A stretch of DNA of 64,000 nt from IMG/VR virus record IMGVR_UViG_3300048691_000224. One strand, given 5' to 3'. Below, one piece after another: positions 22,147 through 32,418 of this stretch. Position 1 is the first letter of the stretch. Each line of letters opens with the position of its first letter. Both the position numbers and the translations under genes were made by a program. Under the pieces are notes generated by a model, which made no database searches, was not told the DNA's origin, and was given only the letters and a program-made list of their open reading frames with translations. The DNA is from a virus. Taxonomy: Duplodnaviria > Caudoviricetes.

Positions 22147-23442
22147 TTATGTCAAGTCAAATATGCCTGTTATAGACTTGCGCTTTGGAAGTGGTGATTT
22201 TTCACCGTACTGTTTTTCTCGGGGATTGAAAATCTTCAATGATTTGGGTTTCCACCCTAGATTGACAATACTCCCGACACCATCAGAACTACGTGTTTTC
22301 AGAAACTGAAAACCGATCTGGCCAGCCGCCCGCATTGCGTCTGTCAAGTGGATAGCTAGACACCAATCTGAACTGCGGATCTTTTCCGCTCCACCAGCCT
22401 GATGACTCTGATCATATACCTCAACGTTCGCTGCACCTTTCGTAAGCTGAGAAGCTGTCAAGCCAATCATGTCATACTCCACAAGCAGATCAATAAATTC
22501 TTCAGTGATAAACTTATCACGAGTGCCGATGTTCTCAGTTGATACCGCCTGAATTGGGTAACACTTGTCGAGGTAGTCTAACACAATAACATCTGGTACC
22601 CACCCACGTTCGATTTCAATCTCTTTGATTAGCGCTCGAATATCATTGGCAGTTGTACCCAACCTCATCTTCTTGATTACTAAATCTCCATGAAATTCTG
22701 ATTGTGCATTCACAATTGCTTGCACATCCTCTACATTTTTATTGACATCTATTGAGCTTTTGTCGGAGATAATCATTTGGGTTCGTTTATCGAACATCTT
22801 CTCAGATAGCTCCAACGAGACACACAAACAATTCAAATACTTGCCATTCTCTTTCTGCTTGATCAAATTTAAACCAAAATTTAAAATCGACACACTCTTG
22901 CCACCGCCAGATATTGCCAATACCAACATCATCTCCGTTCTTGCGATACCACCATCCATCTTCTGATCGAGATCAGCATACCCTGTAGAAAAACGAGTCA
23001 CCTGAGCGTCTTGCCCTGCACGTTCTTCAATTTTATCAAAAAACGATATGCCGGTATCCTTATCAACACGAATAGAGATGGCGGTGCGGATTAGTGATTC
23101 TAACTCACCCAGTTTATTATTGATAATCAGTTCAGGTGATTTATCTACAATGATTAACCTGAGTGCTGATTGTTTACAGAACAGCTCCAGCCGCTCGGTA
23201 CTAAATTTAATTTGATCTCTAGATAGCTCTACAGTAGGGACATCAACGGTAGTCTCTGTACGGATCATTGTAGAAGAGGGTATACCATTGTAAGATACGT
23301 AATACTCTTGAATGAAGGAAATTACTTTGCGATATTCTGGATTGAAGTATTGTGGCTTTACGATTGTGGATGTTCGTGCAAATAGATTAGGGTCTGAAAT
23401 CCAATGGGATATTAGTTGTAGCTGTTGTTCAGAGTTTAACAT
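22147..23442 (-). CDS. DnaB-like replicative helicase (T4 gp41-like)
   Basis: AISGGGKS Walker A, SLELSE, VLDYLD Walker B, TASQL, KTRSS. Confidence 0.9.
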   Translation of the reverse strand: MLNSEQQLQLISHWISDPNLFARTSTIVKPQYFNPEYRKVISFIQEYYVSYNGIPSSTMIRTETTVDVPTVELSRDQIKFSTERLELFCKQSALRLIIVDKSPELIINNKLGELESLIRTAISIRVDKDTGISFFDKIEERAGQDAQVTRFSTGYADLDQKMDGGIARTEMMLVLAISGGGKSVSILNFGLNLIKQKENGKYLNCLCVSLELSEKMFDKRTQMIISDKSSIDVNKNVEDVQAIVNAQSEFHGDLVIKKMRLGTTANDIRALIKEIEIERGWVPDVIVLDYLDKCYPIQAVSTENIGTRDKFITEEFIDLLVEYDMIGLTASQLTKGAANVEVYDQSHQAGGAEKIRSSDWCLAIHLTDAMRAAGQIGFQFLKTRSSDGVGSIVNLGWKPKSLKIFNPREKQYGEKSPLPKRKSITGIFDLT

Positions 23443-23566
23443 TAGTTGTTCGTAGTGGTAATGGTAAAAAGCACCAATAAAGCTCGCGTGTCACGAGCAT
23501 AGTGCTTTTTCATAAAGTTGCCAACAGACTATCTGTTGGTTACCAACAGATGTATCTGAGTCAGGT

Positions 23567-25248
23567 TTAAGGAGTGTAGTATGGAACCAAGACTGTCGCA
23601 CCATTTACAGTCGTCTCAGCCCAACCGGTTGGAGTTCCCAGTGCTGACGTGTTTCCGCCATAAAAAGTTGATGTAACTGAACTGTCATCAACAGTTACAG
23701 TAGGTGCAACGCCGGGTGCTAGTGGAGCTGATGCGTCTGGAATTACCACAGTCTCAAATCTACGTGAAGCTGTGTTGAAGGTTTTTAGAGTAGTGGCCAT
23801 ATGTATATGTGATAGGTTTAAGTATATTTACTACACAAGAATGTATTGCTTCGGGATTGTTGTCATGGACGCTGGGTTAGATAGGATAAGTTGATATGAT
23901 TCTGCGACAAGACTACCGAACTCCGAATCTGTACCTTTCCAATAAACATTTTTTACAATATCCGCCGCGGTGATACTGGGAGCAGTAGTCAGTGGAATTA
24001 ACCAATCCCCATCTACCATGAGTTGCAGCGTCGATCCACGAGCAAGTAGCGATTGTGGTAACGTTGCTGAGTATAAAAAATATGGCTTCTCTAATGCAAT
24101 GTAACTATATTGATTCCACGGAGACTGAGAGATAACTCTATTGGTACTGTGTGCGTGGCCTTCAAACACTAGTGTAGTAGTGGTATAGTTAGTGCTACTC
24201 AACAACTTGACACGAATTGGTATTTCAATAGTAGGCAAATTCCTATCAACCGCGATGGTGAGCCTGTTGTTAAACAGAAGCGGTGGTGAAGTTACTACAG
24301 TCGGAGGCAAGTGTTTGACTGGTGTTCTGTATTGATTATCAGTAACCACAATTGTACCAGTCCGTGTGTAACCCAAATCGATTGTGATACTATATGCTGT
24401 CTGCGCTACAATTGTGAATGCCATCTGCTTGATTGTAGTGACAGATGTGCCGTTCGACACAGAAACAAATGGTTCAATTATTACAGAACCAAGGTGCCCG
24501 AACTGGTGAGGAATTTCGACAATTTGTTTATCGACGAAAGAGTGTTTGAACACTCGCGTTTTTTCACGCCAAGTCAATTCTGATCGCGGCGATTGTTGTT
24601 GGTTGGCGTCCCGTACCATCCTGCCGCTACAATTTTCAGTCAGAGTGCAATTATCCAAAAAGGAAATAGTACCGCCAGTAATGCGCTTGTATGCAGCTTT
24701 TTTGCAAGTCAAGCAAACGAGCATTTTGTTCACTACTCGCTTCGTTGTGATATTTTCTAATGGTATCATGTTGTGTAAATCAATTGAAGTAGTTCCCTAT
24801 AAGAGGGGGCAACTGATTGAGATACCAGGACCACCTTGCGCATTCCGTATATTTCGAGTTCTGTGCCTTCCATAATCGCATCAGTCAACTCTCCTGTCGA
24901 ACTGTATCTGTCTCGGAGCGTATATTCCAACAGCTCGAGTGATAGTATATCAACATCAGAATCCTGCTTGAATACGACTGGGCGCCAGCTAAATTCTCCT
25001 ACTGGGAACGCATAGCAGGTCGAGTCGACATTTGTCGTCAGACACCTGACAGATGCTTTCGGATAATTGCTGAGTTGGTCCTGAATAAGGTGGTGTCTCC
25101 CCAAGTCAAATGAGGAGTGTCGAACTTTGCAGATACTAAACAAGCTGGTGGAGTTACCGCTCTTTAGACCGACGGTTGTTAACCGATCCAGCGCTTGCTT
25201 GCAATTATTTCTGATATATCTACACTGATCTGTGGATAATTCAATCAT
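23567..25248 (-). other. Three hypothetical late ORFs (23567-23800; 23831-24769 with N-terminal CxxC; 24766-25248)
   Basis: ORF track; TAAATA late-promoter-like motifs near 23825 and 25285. Confidence 0.6.
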
Positions 25249-25313
25249 CGTAGGTGTGCGTCGAGTATTGGGGGTAGTGTGCAGTATTTAGCCTCACTAC
25301 CCCCAATAACTTA

Positions 25314-26456
25314 TTATTCGACTGAATCCTCAATAGTCTCAGTTGCCCATGCTGGTTTATATTCAGAATACCGCTTGATTAAAAATTGTGGATAGTCCAC
25401 AATCCGTCCCAAGTAGGTATTCATCATCAATTGCATCAGGTCAGGATGTTCGCACTGTGCCTTGATTGCATAGTCCTTGCGCTCTAGTAGCTTGTTTTCA
25501 GCATAAAATTTACTGACTTGAGACTCAATCGAATTAAGAATTGGGAACACGTGATTCTCCATTGCTGTGATTCGATCTTGGACGTACTTGTCATCACCGA
25601 AGATACTGCGAATATCGTCCGTCCCCTGGACCGCGGCTAGTTCAAATAGTGCGCGGGGGCTGTTGACATTATCCTTCTGCTTATGCAACAGAACGTATTT
25701 GTCAGCCTTACACTTCACTAGGTACCGTACCCCTGTCGTAGGGTTGTGCATCTCGACTACACAACCTTCACCTTCTTGCAATTGCTTGCAATACTCATTG
25801 AATTCTGATGGGATCATTTCTGGAAACCCGTGAGAGACTAGGTACTCACTCGGGACAGTAACACCAGTAACTTGTGCTATTTGTGCTGGGAGAATATACT
25901 CCCCTGTTGCCAAACTCCGGATGCCCAAAATTCGCAATTGTGGGATTTGATATCCCACAACGATTCGATTGTGTGGTGCGGTGTACTCCAGACTGACTGT
26001 GTAACCAGATAACTCCAGCATTTTTAGCGCGATCCGCAGTTCTTCGTGGTATGAGATGTAATATGCTGCGTCGCCTGACTGATCAGAATACACCGAACCC
26101 TTAGACTTAACATGTAGATTGCCGTTGACCAACATTGTGCTAATTAGTGATCCATCTAGTTTTTCCATTGCACTCGAAATAACACACTCATCGTGGTCCA
26201 CCCCACCTTCGGCAAAATTAAAGAATTTTTGAGGTGGGAGAGAAATCAACTGAGGGTTGCCTGTGATGTCATATGTCGTGCCACGACAGTCAAGTGCACC
26301 TGGCTTCTGGAATTCTGTCCACGACGCGAGGCGGTAGTTGAAAATTCGAAGGACTCTCCCCAGATATTCAAAATCTTTGAAGTAAAAAGTATCACCTTCA
26401 CTGCATAGAGCCATAAGGTCTGTATACAATGTATTAGCATTGAACTTAGTTGACAT
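25314..26456 (-). CDS. rnlA: RNA ligase 1 (T4 RnlA/gp63 family)
   Basis: PPQKFFN, MEKLDGSLI, VKSKGS, EGCVV and LVKCK motifs. Confidence 0.9.
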   Translation of the reverse strand: MSTKFNANTLYTDLMALCSEGDTFYFKDFEYLGRVLRIFNYRLASWTEFQKPGALDCRGTTYDITGNPQLISLPPQKFFNFAEGGVDHDECVISSAMEKLDGSLISTMLVNGNLHVKSKGSVYSDQSGDAAYYISYHEELRIALKMLELSGYTVSLEYTAPHNRIVVGYQIPQLRILGIRSLATGEYILPAQIAQVTGVTVPSEYLVSHGFPEMIPSEFNEYCKQLQEGEGCVVEMHNPTTGVRYLVKCKADKYVLLHKQKDNVNSPRALFELAAVQGTDDIRSIFGDDKYVQDRITAMENHVFPILNSIESQVSKFYAENKLLERKDYAIKAQCEHPDLMQLMMNTYLGRIVDYPQFLIKRYSEYKPAWATETIEDSVE

Positions 26457-26548
26457 GTTTAAATATTTCCTTGATTCGGGGATTGTTCAGATGAGTTTAT
26501 TATACCCTAATTCCAGATTAAGGCAACAGAGGTTCTGGATAAAATTAT

Positions 26549-27607
26549 TCAGAGTACTACAGAAAGTCCAAGCAACCCGACTGCAATTACCGCCAATACC
26601 GAGTTCACACCTGGAATCAACATCAAGATTATGAGAGTGGGTAGGTGCCAGTCGAGCCAATTACCAAACATCGGAACATTTTCTTCTTCCACGAGAACTT
26701 CCACTCCATCAACTTGAGTACTTTGGAGTCGGTTACCAAACCGATCGACTCTCGCACTCAGTAATCGTTCTTTATTGTAGGCTTCGAACATAATGAATCC
26801 GAGAGCCCCACAGAGTAACATGCTGACTACATACAATAAACCACTTGCCATATAATTCTCCAGTTAAAATAATTTAGTGTCCAAGAAATTTCTCTTGTGG
26901 GAATCACGGTCTCTCGATGATCGATTGAATATATTATCGATGGAGACGAGGATAACCCACACACTGGTACCAAATACAATCATCACAGGAATTATCATGT
27001 TGACCCCGGGAATGAGCGAGGTGACAATTGTGACTAATAGTGTCCCGATTGTGACAGCTCTGAAGTGCAATTTGATCGCAATTACCATCACAACGAAGCA
27101 AATTGCAATAGACGTGAGATATAACTGAGTTTCCATATTAAGGGGTCTCCGGTGTGGTTTTAGAGGGTGATGAAACGGACTTCATTAGCTCTTCGAGCAT
27201 TCTACGCTGGGATTCGAGTGTAGAGATTCGATCACTAAGTTTTTGAACTGCCGTCATGAGGCGAGGTTCCAAAAGTGAATTCTGTGGGTCTTGTTCTGTC
27301 ATGTGTGCGTTTAGTCCATACAATAATCAATGAATCGGCCGGCTAAGTTCCGCGCGCACGCATACCCAAGAGCGTCGATTAGGATAGCCATGTCGCTACC
27401 AGGATGAATATCTGCATGGTTAATATTTAAATTAGCGAGGTTCACAAGTTTGGATGCATGATATAACACCAACTCAGCATCAGCGTGTGGATGTTCCCTA
27501 TAGGCGTCATATGAGATCAAAATATCTGCAACCTCAGCCTTTGTTCGGATGGAGTTTACGTAATCTGTCACATAACGAGTCAGAGATAGCATTTTGTAGG
27601 TTCTCAA
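26549..27607 (-). other. Four small ORFs, two predicted membrane proteins (26549-26851, 26864-27136, 27138-27323, 27311-27607)
   Basis: ORF track; hydrophobic stretches; early promoter at about 27625-27657. Confidence 0.6.
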
Positions 27608-27675
27608 ATAAGTTGTGGTATAGATCCAATTGTACTCAAATAAACACGAAAGGTCAACACATCACACATACACCA

Positions 27676-27683
27676 CATAAATA
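27676..27683 (+). promoter_or_regulatory. T4-type late promoter (CATAAATA) for the N-half of the split ATPase
   Basis: Matches (T/C)ATAAATA 14 nt upstream of the ATG; followed by an ATAGTG/CACTAT hairpin covering the start codon. Confidence 0.7.
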
Positions 27684-27696
27684 GTGCATCTACACT

Positions 27697-28689
27697 ATGA
27701 GAACATTTATGAACTTCCTGAAATACTTATCTGAAGGCATCCGAACTGCAGATTTTGCGCGTTCTATTCAACTTATCAAGCAATATCTTGAAAAATCAAC
27801 AGGCACCCTATATGCACTCCCTGAGATGGAGCACTACAAAGGCGCCGCCGGCACCGGAATTGGCTTGAGATATTTTACCGAATCAGGTAAGAGTGTTCGG
27901 TTCAACTGGACTCGCAGTGACTCAGCGTCTGTACTCGAATCCATATCTGTTTGGGATGGCTCTACCAAGCACCCCAACTTTCAGATCACAGCTATTGATG
28001 GAGCACCACTCGGGACACTATCACTGGCAACCATTCTCCCTACACTCAGTGCTGTGATCGTATCACCAAGAGTTGGTGTGGTTGAATTGTCGACTGAAGA
28101 GTCGCGTGCTCAAATCGCACTAGATGTAAAAGTACTCCGCGAATCAGAAAGTGTTTACTATGTGAATACACTATCGAAGTCCCCTGTAATATTAACTGAG
28201 GATGCGTATAGTGACGTTATTGATGCACTGAGTGCTGGTCCTGTGTCTAAGTTCAACATTTCCAAGATGGGCCGCAACCAAGAACGAATTTTCGGTGAGA
28301 TTACTCAGAAGTACAAAGATGCGTTTGATATTAAGACAGATGGTGCTGGTAGGCAGAGATTTACACTAATCGGCTCTAGTGCCGACTTTGATCGCGATGA
28401 AATTGTACAAAGTGTTCTAGATTCGGCACCCAAGAAAGGAAGAGCAGCTTTGGAGGTTCGGAGTGGTGGTGATGAATCAACGAGTACTGATTCAGAAGAT
28501 CGTGCAGCACGTGCTTACCCTGAGGCCACACAGAGTCGTATTCCTTATGAAGAGCAATTAGATGATATGAAAACCATCATCACGGCGGTAGCAAAGGGCG
28601 CAAGTAACTTCGCGATTGTATTGGGCGCTGGGGGGTTGGGAAAATGTTTGGACCCTAATTCGGAATTGGCTGGGGTATTTGGCGAGTAA
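27697..28689 (+). CDS. AAA ATPase N-extein (316 aa) fused to a 14-aa split-intein N-fragment
   Basis: Ends ...GAGGLGK-CLDPNSELAGVFGE*. Walker A is cut after Lys; intein block A (CL..) begins at 28645. Confidence 0.88.
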   Translation: MRTFMNFLKYLSEGIRTADFARSIQLIKQYLEKSTGTLYALPEMEHYKGAAGTGIGLRYFTESGKSVRFNWTRSDSASVLESISVWDGSTKHPNFQITAIDGAPLGTLSLATILPTLSAVIVSPRVGVVELSTEESRAQIALDVKVLRESESVYYVNTLSKSPVILTEDAYSDVIDALSAGPVSKFNISKMGRNQERIFGEITQKYKDAFDIKTDGAGRQRFTLIGSSADFDRDEIVQSVLDSAPKKGRAALEVRSGGDESTSTDSEDRAARAYPEATQSRIPYEEQLDDMKTIITAVAKGASNFAIVLGAGGLGKCLDPNSELAGVFGE

Positions 28690-28755
28690 CTCCTCAAATA
28701 TCACTACCCCTTCCTGATCCACCAGGTCCGAGTAGCACACAACTATGGAATGTTG

Positions 28756-28787
28756 TATAAATATAGGGTTAGCAATCAACCCTATAT
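28756..28787 (+). promoter_or_regulatory. Late promoter overlapping a 10-bp hairpin upstream of the homing endonuclease
   Basis: TATAAATA at 28756-28763; ATATAGGGTT/AACCCTATAT stem at 28761-28787. Confidence 0.75.
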
Positions 28788-28792
28788 TTTAT

Positions 28793-30052
28793 ATGACAAC
28801 AATAACCAAAGTAACCCGTGTAGCAAACACACCCAACACTATTATCGAACTTTCCACTCCCGACGAAGTACTAGAATATTGTTTCATTCGAGAACTTTTG
28901 TATCGACACGAATGGAGGGGCTGGTTTCCTGAAACTCTACACAACGTGCAAGTGTTCTTGGATACAACTCCAACAATATCCCAAACTAAGGGGGATCTTG
29001 CATTGAGGTTTGGGGTAATTAACCCCAACAAAACAGCAAAACCCAACAATGTAGAACACTGGATTCGCCGAGGATGGAGCGAAGATGATGCAAAGCACTA
29101 CATATCTGAGCAACAAAAATCTCGCAATGCTATTAAGCAACTGGAACTAAATTTAGATCACTGGATTGGATTAGGACATTCTATAGAAGAAGCGCGTGTG
29201 TTGGTTGATGATAAGCGGTATGGATTTACAGCAAGGCGCCCAGAGTATTGGGTAAAGCGAGGATACTCATACGAAGAGGCAGTTGAACAAGTCACGGCAC
29301 ATCAGGGAGCACATTCTCCTAAAACTATTGGATATTGGGAACAGCAAGGTTGCTCTCGAGAGCAGGCCACGAAGGAGGTTCAAAAAGTTCAACAACATGC
29401 AGCAGACGGCGCCAAAGCGGCTTGGAAGGCAGGACTGATTGATAAAAGTACACGCAACACAAACTTACAATATTGGGTCAACAAGTGCAATGGCAATGTT
29501 GAACAAGCGGAAGTTTTATTGTCTAATAGACAACGAACCTTTTCACTGGACATCTGCATCGAAAAGTATGGGGAAGTCGACGGGTTGATTAGGTTCAAGG
29601 AACGTCAAGCACTATGGCACAAAAACTTTAAGAAACAAAATTATAGTAAGATATCACAGGTGCTGTTTGATGGGGTTTGCCAAATGCTGCCTGATACGAT
29701 CAAGGAATTACCGATATATTATGCAACCAGGGTAATTGGTAACGATACAGATATCAAGAATAACGAATTTACTCTAGAACTCCAAGAAACATTTTGTAAG
29801 CCTGATTTCTATATTCCAGATTTGGAATTAATCATTGAGTTTGATGGGCAATATTACCATCGGACTGACGATTACACATATTACACAGCTGATAAAAAGC
29901 GTAGGGATGACAAAATATTAGAAATGTATCCTAACATGTTAATCAGTCATATTACAGAGACGGAGTTTAATGCGGATGCGATGGCGGTTATTAAGCGTGT
30001 TGTTGATACAATTCAAACCCGTCACAAAGCTTTTAGTACTCAGTTCCAGTGA
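28793..30052 (+). CDS. Free-standing Vsr-like (PD-(D/E)XK) homing endonuclease with W..RG.S.EEA repeats
   Basis: C-terminal KPDFYIPDLELIIEFDGQYYH; repeated helical motifs; lies between the split-intein halves. Likely start at 28793. Confidence 0.8.
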   Translation: MTTITKVTRVANTPNTIIELSTPDEVLEYCFIRELLYRHEWRGWFPETLHNVQVFLDTTPTISQTKGDLALRFGVINPNKTAKPNNVEHWIRRGWSEDDAKHYISEQQKSRNAIKQLELNLDHWIGLGHSIEEARVLVDDKRYGFTARRPEYWVKRGYSYEEAVEQVTAHQGAHSPKTIGYWEQQGCSREQATKEVQKVQQHAADGAKAAWKAGLIDKSTRNTNLQYWVNKCNGNVEQAEVLLSNRQRTFSLDICIEKYGEVDGLIRFKERQALWHKNFKKQNYSKISQVLFDGVCQMLPDTIKELPIYYATRVIGNDTDIKNNEFTLELQETFCKPDFYIPDLELIIEFDGQYYHRTDDYTYYTADKKRRDDKILEMYPNMLISHITETEFNADAMAVIKRVVDTIQTRHKAFSTQFQ

Positions 30053-30054
30053 AC

Positions 30055-30083
30055 AAAAAAAAAGCGCCTCAGGCGCTTTTTTT
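30055..30083. terminator. Bidirectional intrinsic terminator
   Basis: A9-GCGCC-TCA-GGCGC-T7 between convergent genes. Confidence 0.85.
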
Positions 30084-30107
30084 ATAACACTCTGTGATTT
30101 ATTTAAA

Positions 30108-30710
30108 TCAGAGCTTACCGTTTGGTGTAAATGTCCCCGTCATCGCACCGTGAACATATTCCAGATACTGTTCACCATCTCTCGTTACAGGATTCCCTTC
30201 CAGACCTGGTATGGAGCCAACCTTGGCAATCATTCCAGCTTCACAAACCTTACCCACGACAGTGTTACCGATAATCTGGCCAGTGATTGATACACCTGCG
30301 GGTGATGCCATTCCGATTTTACCGTCAGGCATCACGCCACCCGTAACCGGAAAGTGTTCATCACTAAACACTGTGATCCAAGATTTATCTGTCTTCTGCC
30401 CATTTGCATCGATTTCAAATGCATAGTGTCCACTCAACCAAATTCCGCCGTCAGGTGAACCTCCGCCAAGCACAGCATTATCAATTGAGTCGTCTCCTGT
30501 CACAGTGTGCCCGTGATTAACGAGACTTGTGTTGCGTGCAGCAATGCGAGCTTCGTGTGAAGGCATCGTGAATGACCCCACAAGTGTTCCTGGATAATAT
30601 TTAACGGGCTCGGGAGCGGCGGGGGTTTGAACTTTAGGGCTGAAGTAGCCTAATTTGTACCCACGATATCCCAAGTACCCTAATACGATGAATAAGAATG
30701 CGAAAAACAT
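30108..30710 (-). CDS. Membrane-anchored Gly-rich beta protein (paralog of 30723-31271)
   Basis: N-terminal hydrophobic segment; GGIWLSGHYAFEID and GAMTGTF. Confidence 0.6.
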   Translation of the reverse strand: MFFAFLFIVLGYLGYRGYKLGYFSPKVQTPAAPEPVKYYPGTLVGSFTMPSHEARIAARNTSLVNHGHTVTGDDSIDNAVLGGGSPDGGIWLSGHYAFEIDANGQKTDKSWITVFSDEHFPVTGGVMPDGKIGMASPAGVSITGQIIGNTVVGKVCEAGMIAKVGSIPGLEGNPVTRDGEQYLEYVHGAMTGTFTPNGKL

Positions 30711-30722
30711 ATTAAAATTCCT

Positions 30723-31271
30723 TTAGTTAATGATGGCTTCGTCACACGGAGGGCGGAGCTCACCTGTCATATTACCTGCAATCAGTTGGTGTGCTCCACA
30801 GGCTACACCTGTTAATTTACCATACTTGATTATACCCTCACACGATAACCCATACGATCCATACGCCAGATGGAATGTTCCGTCATAATTAACCTTGCCG
30901 CTGATTATGGTTTCCTTGCGGGTGGTGTGTTGTGTTTTTACCCAACCAGATGTAATTGCTCCAGTGTGGTCGATTGTGAAGCTGAACTCACCAATCAAGA
31001 ATACACCTCCGTGCTCCCCCGCGAGACCTGTTGCTGTATTATCAGTGACGTTGCTAATTTTTGGAAATGATGGAACGTAGAGGCGCTCACCAAGGTATGC
31101 GTCCCTCAGCGATAACAGATAGTACTCATCACTACTTGGTGGACATATCGTACCTTCGACGACTCCTTGGTGGGGGTTAGTATACTGTGGGATGTGGGTA
31201 GGCTCTGGTGGTTGGTTACCTACCCAGAGTGCAGACCAAATACGGCGGGCGATGGAAATAATTGAATTCAT
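30723..31271 (-). CDS. Gly-rich beta protein (paralog of 30108-30710)
   Basis: GGVFLIGEFSFTID and GNMTGEL. Confidence 0.6.
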   Translation of the reverse strand: MNSIISIARRIWSALWVGNQPPEPTHIPQYTNPHQGVVEGTICPPSSDEYYLLSLRDAYLGERLYVPSFPKISNVTDNTATGLAGEHGGVFLIGEFSFTIDHTGAITSGWVKTQHTTRKETIISGKVNYDGTFHLAYGSYGLSCEGIIKYGKLTGVACGAHQLIAGNMTGELRPPCDEAIIN

Positions 31272-31317
31272 GAGGAGGGATTTTTAATGGCTTCTTATTT
31301 AGTAAGCACTGCTGTGG

Positions 31318-31325
31318 TATAAATA
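31318..31325 (+). promoter_or_regulatory. T4-type late promoter for the C-half of the split ATPase
   Basis: TATAAATA 23 nt upstream of the ATG at 31348. Confidence 0.75.
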
Positions 31326-31347
31326 GTGATTTACAGCAGGTACACTT

Positions 31348-32418
31348 ATGCACAATCTCGAAATTCGTTCCTTCCTTCAATTGGCGGAACACGTAAAACA
31401 AAATTTATCAATTGATGAATTAGAATTAAACAAACTATATGACACTCGAGAATTCGATTGGTTGATTCGCGATCAAGAGAATTGCCTAATTCCTGTGATT
31501 GGTCTGATTCGCAAGCAAGCCAAATTAATTGAATTTGAATTTTCTACCGGTGAGACTGTAGTGTGTGCAGATCATCACATGTTTGCTACTAATGCACGGA
31601 ATGATGTCATCGTCGCAAGTGAAATGAAGGTTGGTGATCTATTAGCCAAGACATCTGGTGACATCGCCGTGGTAGTTTCTAAAATTTCCACAGGTGTTGT
31701 TAGTGATGTCTATGATATCCAAGTGCAATCTGAGAAGATGTTGTATAGCGACGCCGCAGGTTTTGTTCACCACAATACTCACACTGTTGAGGAAACTCTT
31801 CAAAATCTAGGCTTATCAGACGGCGATGGTTATTTTAAGAACACTTCATCAGGATCTGCTGCTGGTCTATACAAGACACTCTTTATGAATCGTACTGGAA
31901 TTGTGGTTCTTGATGATTGTGACACGATCGTATCTACCCAAGAAGGTCGCAACTTACTGAAAGCTGCACTGGATACTAAGAAGAAGCGTAAATTAGTTTG
32001 GGCGAAGGCTGCGTCGTGGTTGTTCGATCCAGCTGACGAAGCCCTCATGGGTGATGCACTGGATGCTGTTGATTCTGGAATGGAGCCTGAGAAGTTTCCA
32101 CGATATTTCGACTTCGAGGGTCGTGTAATATTGATCAGTAACTTATCACCTGACGTGCTCGATCCCGATGGTGCACTCGCCACACGAGGATTTATCATAA
32201 CACTAGACCCCACAAAGGCTGAGGTGTTTGCATTCATGCGTAAGATTGCTCCCAACATTCCAATCGAGGGTACTCTCACACTCGAAGAGCGAATGGCAGT
32301 AGTCGACTTGATAGAGAAACAGACAGGTGCTGTTAATATCAGAAAATTGGTACGCGGGATGAACCTGGCGGCTTCGGGGGTTCCAAATTGGGCTCGATTG
32401 GTTGAGCGCTACTGCTAA
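31348..32418 (+). CDS. Split-intein C-fragment (143 aa) fused to AAA ATPase C-extein
   Basis: Hint block B VVCADHH, block F VYDIQV, block G FVHHN|T (Thr at 31777). Extein THTVEETL...IVVLDDCD (Walker B)...LISN. Confidence 0.9.
   Translation: MHNLEIRSFLQLAEHVKQNLSIDELELNKLYDTREFDWLIRDQENCLIPVIGLIRKQAKLIEFEFSTGETVVCADHHMFATNARNDVIVASEMKVGDLLAKTSGDIAVVVSKISTGVVSDVYDIQVQSEKMLYSDAAGFVHHNTHTVEETLQNLGLSDGDGYFKNTSSGSAAGLYKTLFMNRTGIVVLDDCDTIVSTQEGRNLLKAALDTKKKRKLVWAKAASWLFDPADEALMGDALDAVDSGMEPEKFPRYFDFEGRVILISNLSPDVLDPDGALATRGFIITLDPTKAEVFAFMRKIAPNIPIEGTLTLEERMAVVDLIEKQTGAVNIRKLVRGMNLAASGVPNWARLVERYC

Noticed and set aside
28690-31347. Group I/II intron joining the two ATPase halves at RNA level
   Set aside because: No intron core recognised. 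Half 1 has a clean stop; half 2 has its own promoter and ATG; a bidirectional terminator and antisense genes lie between. Not formally excluded without RT-PCR.
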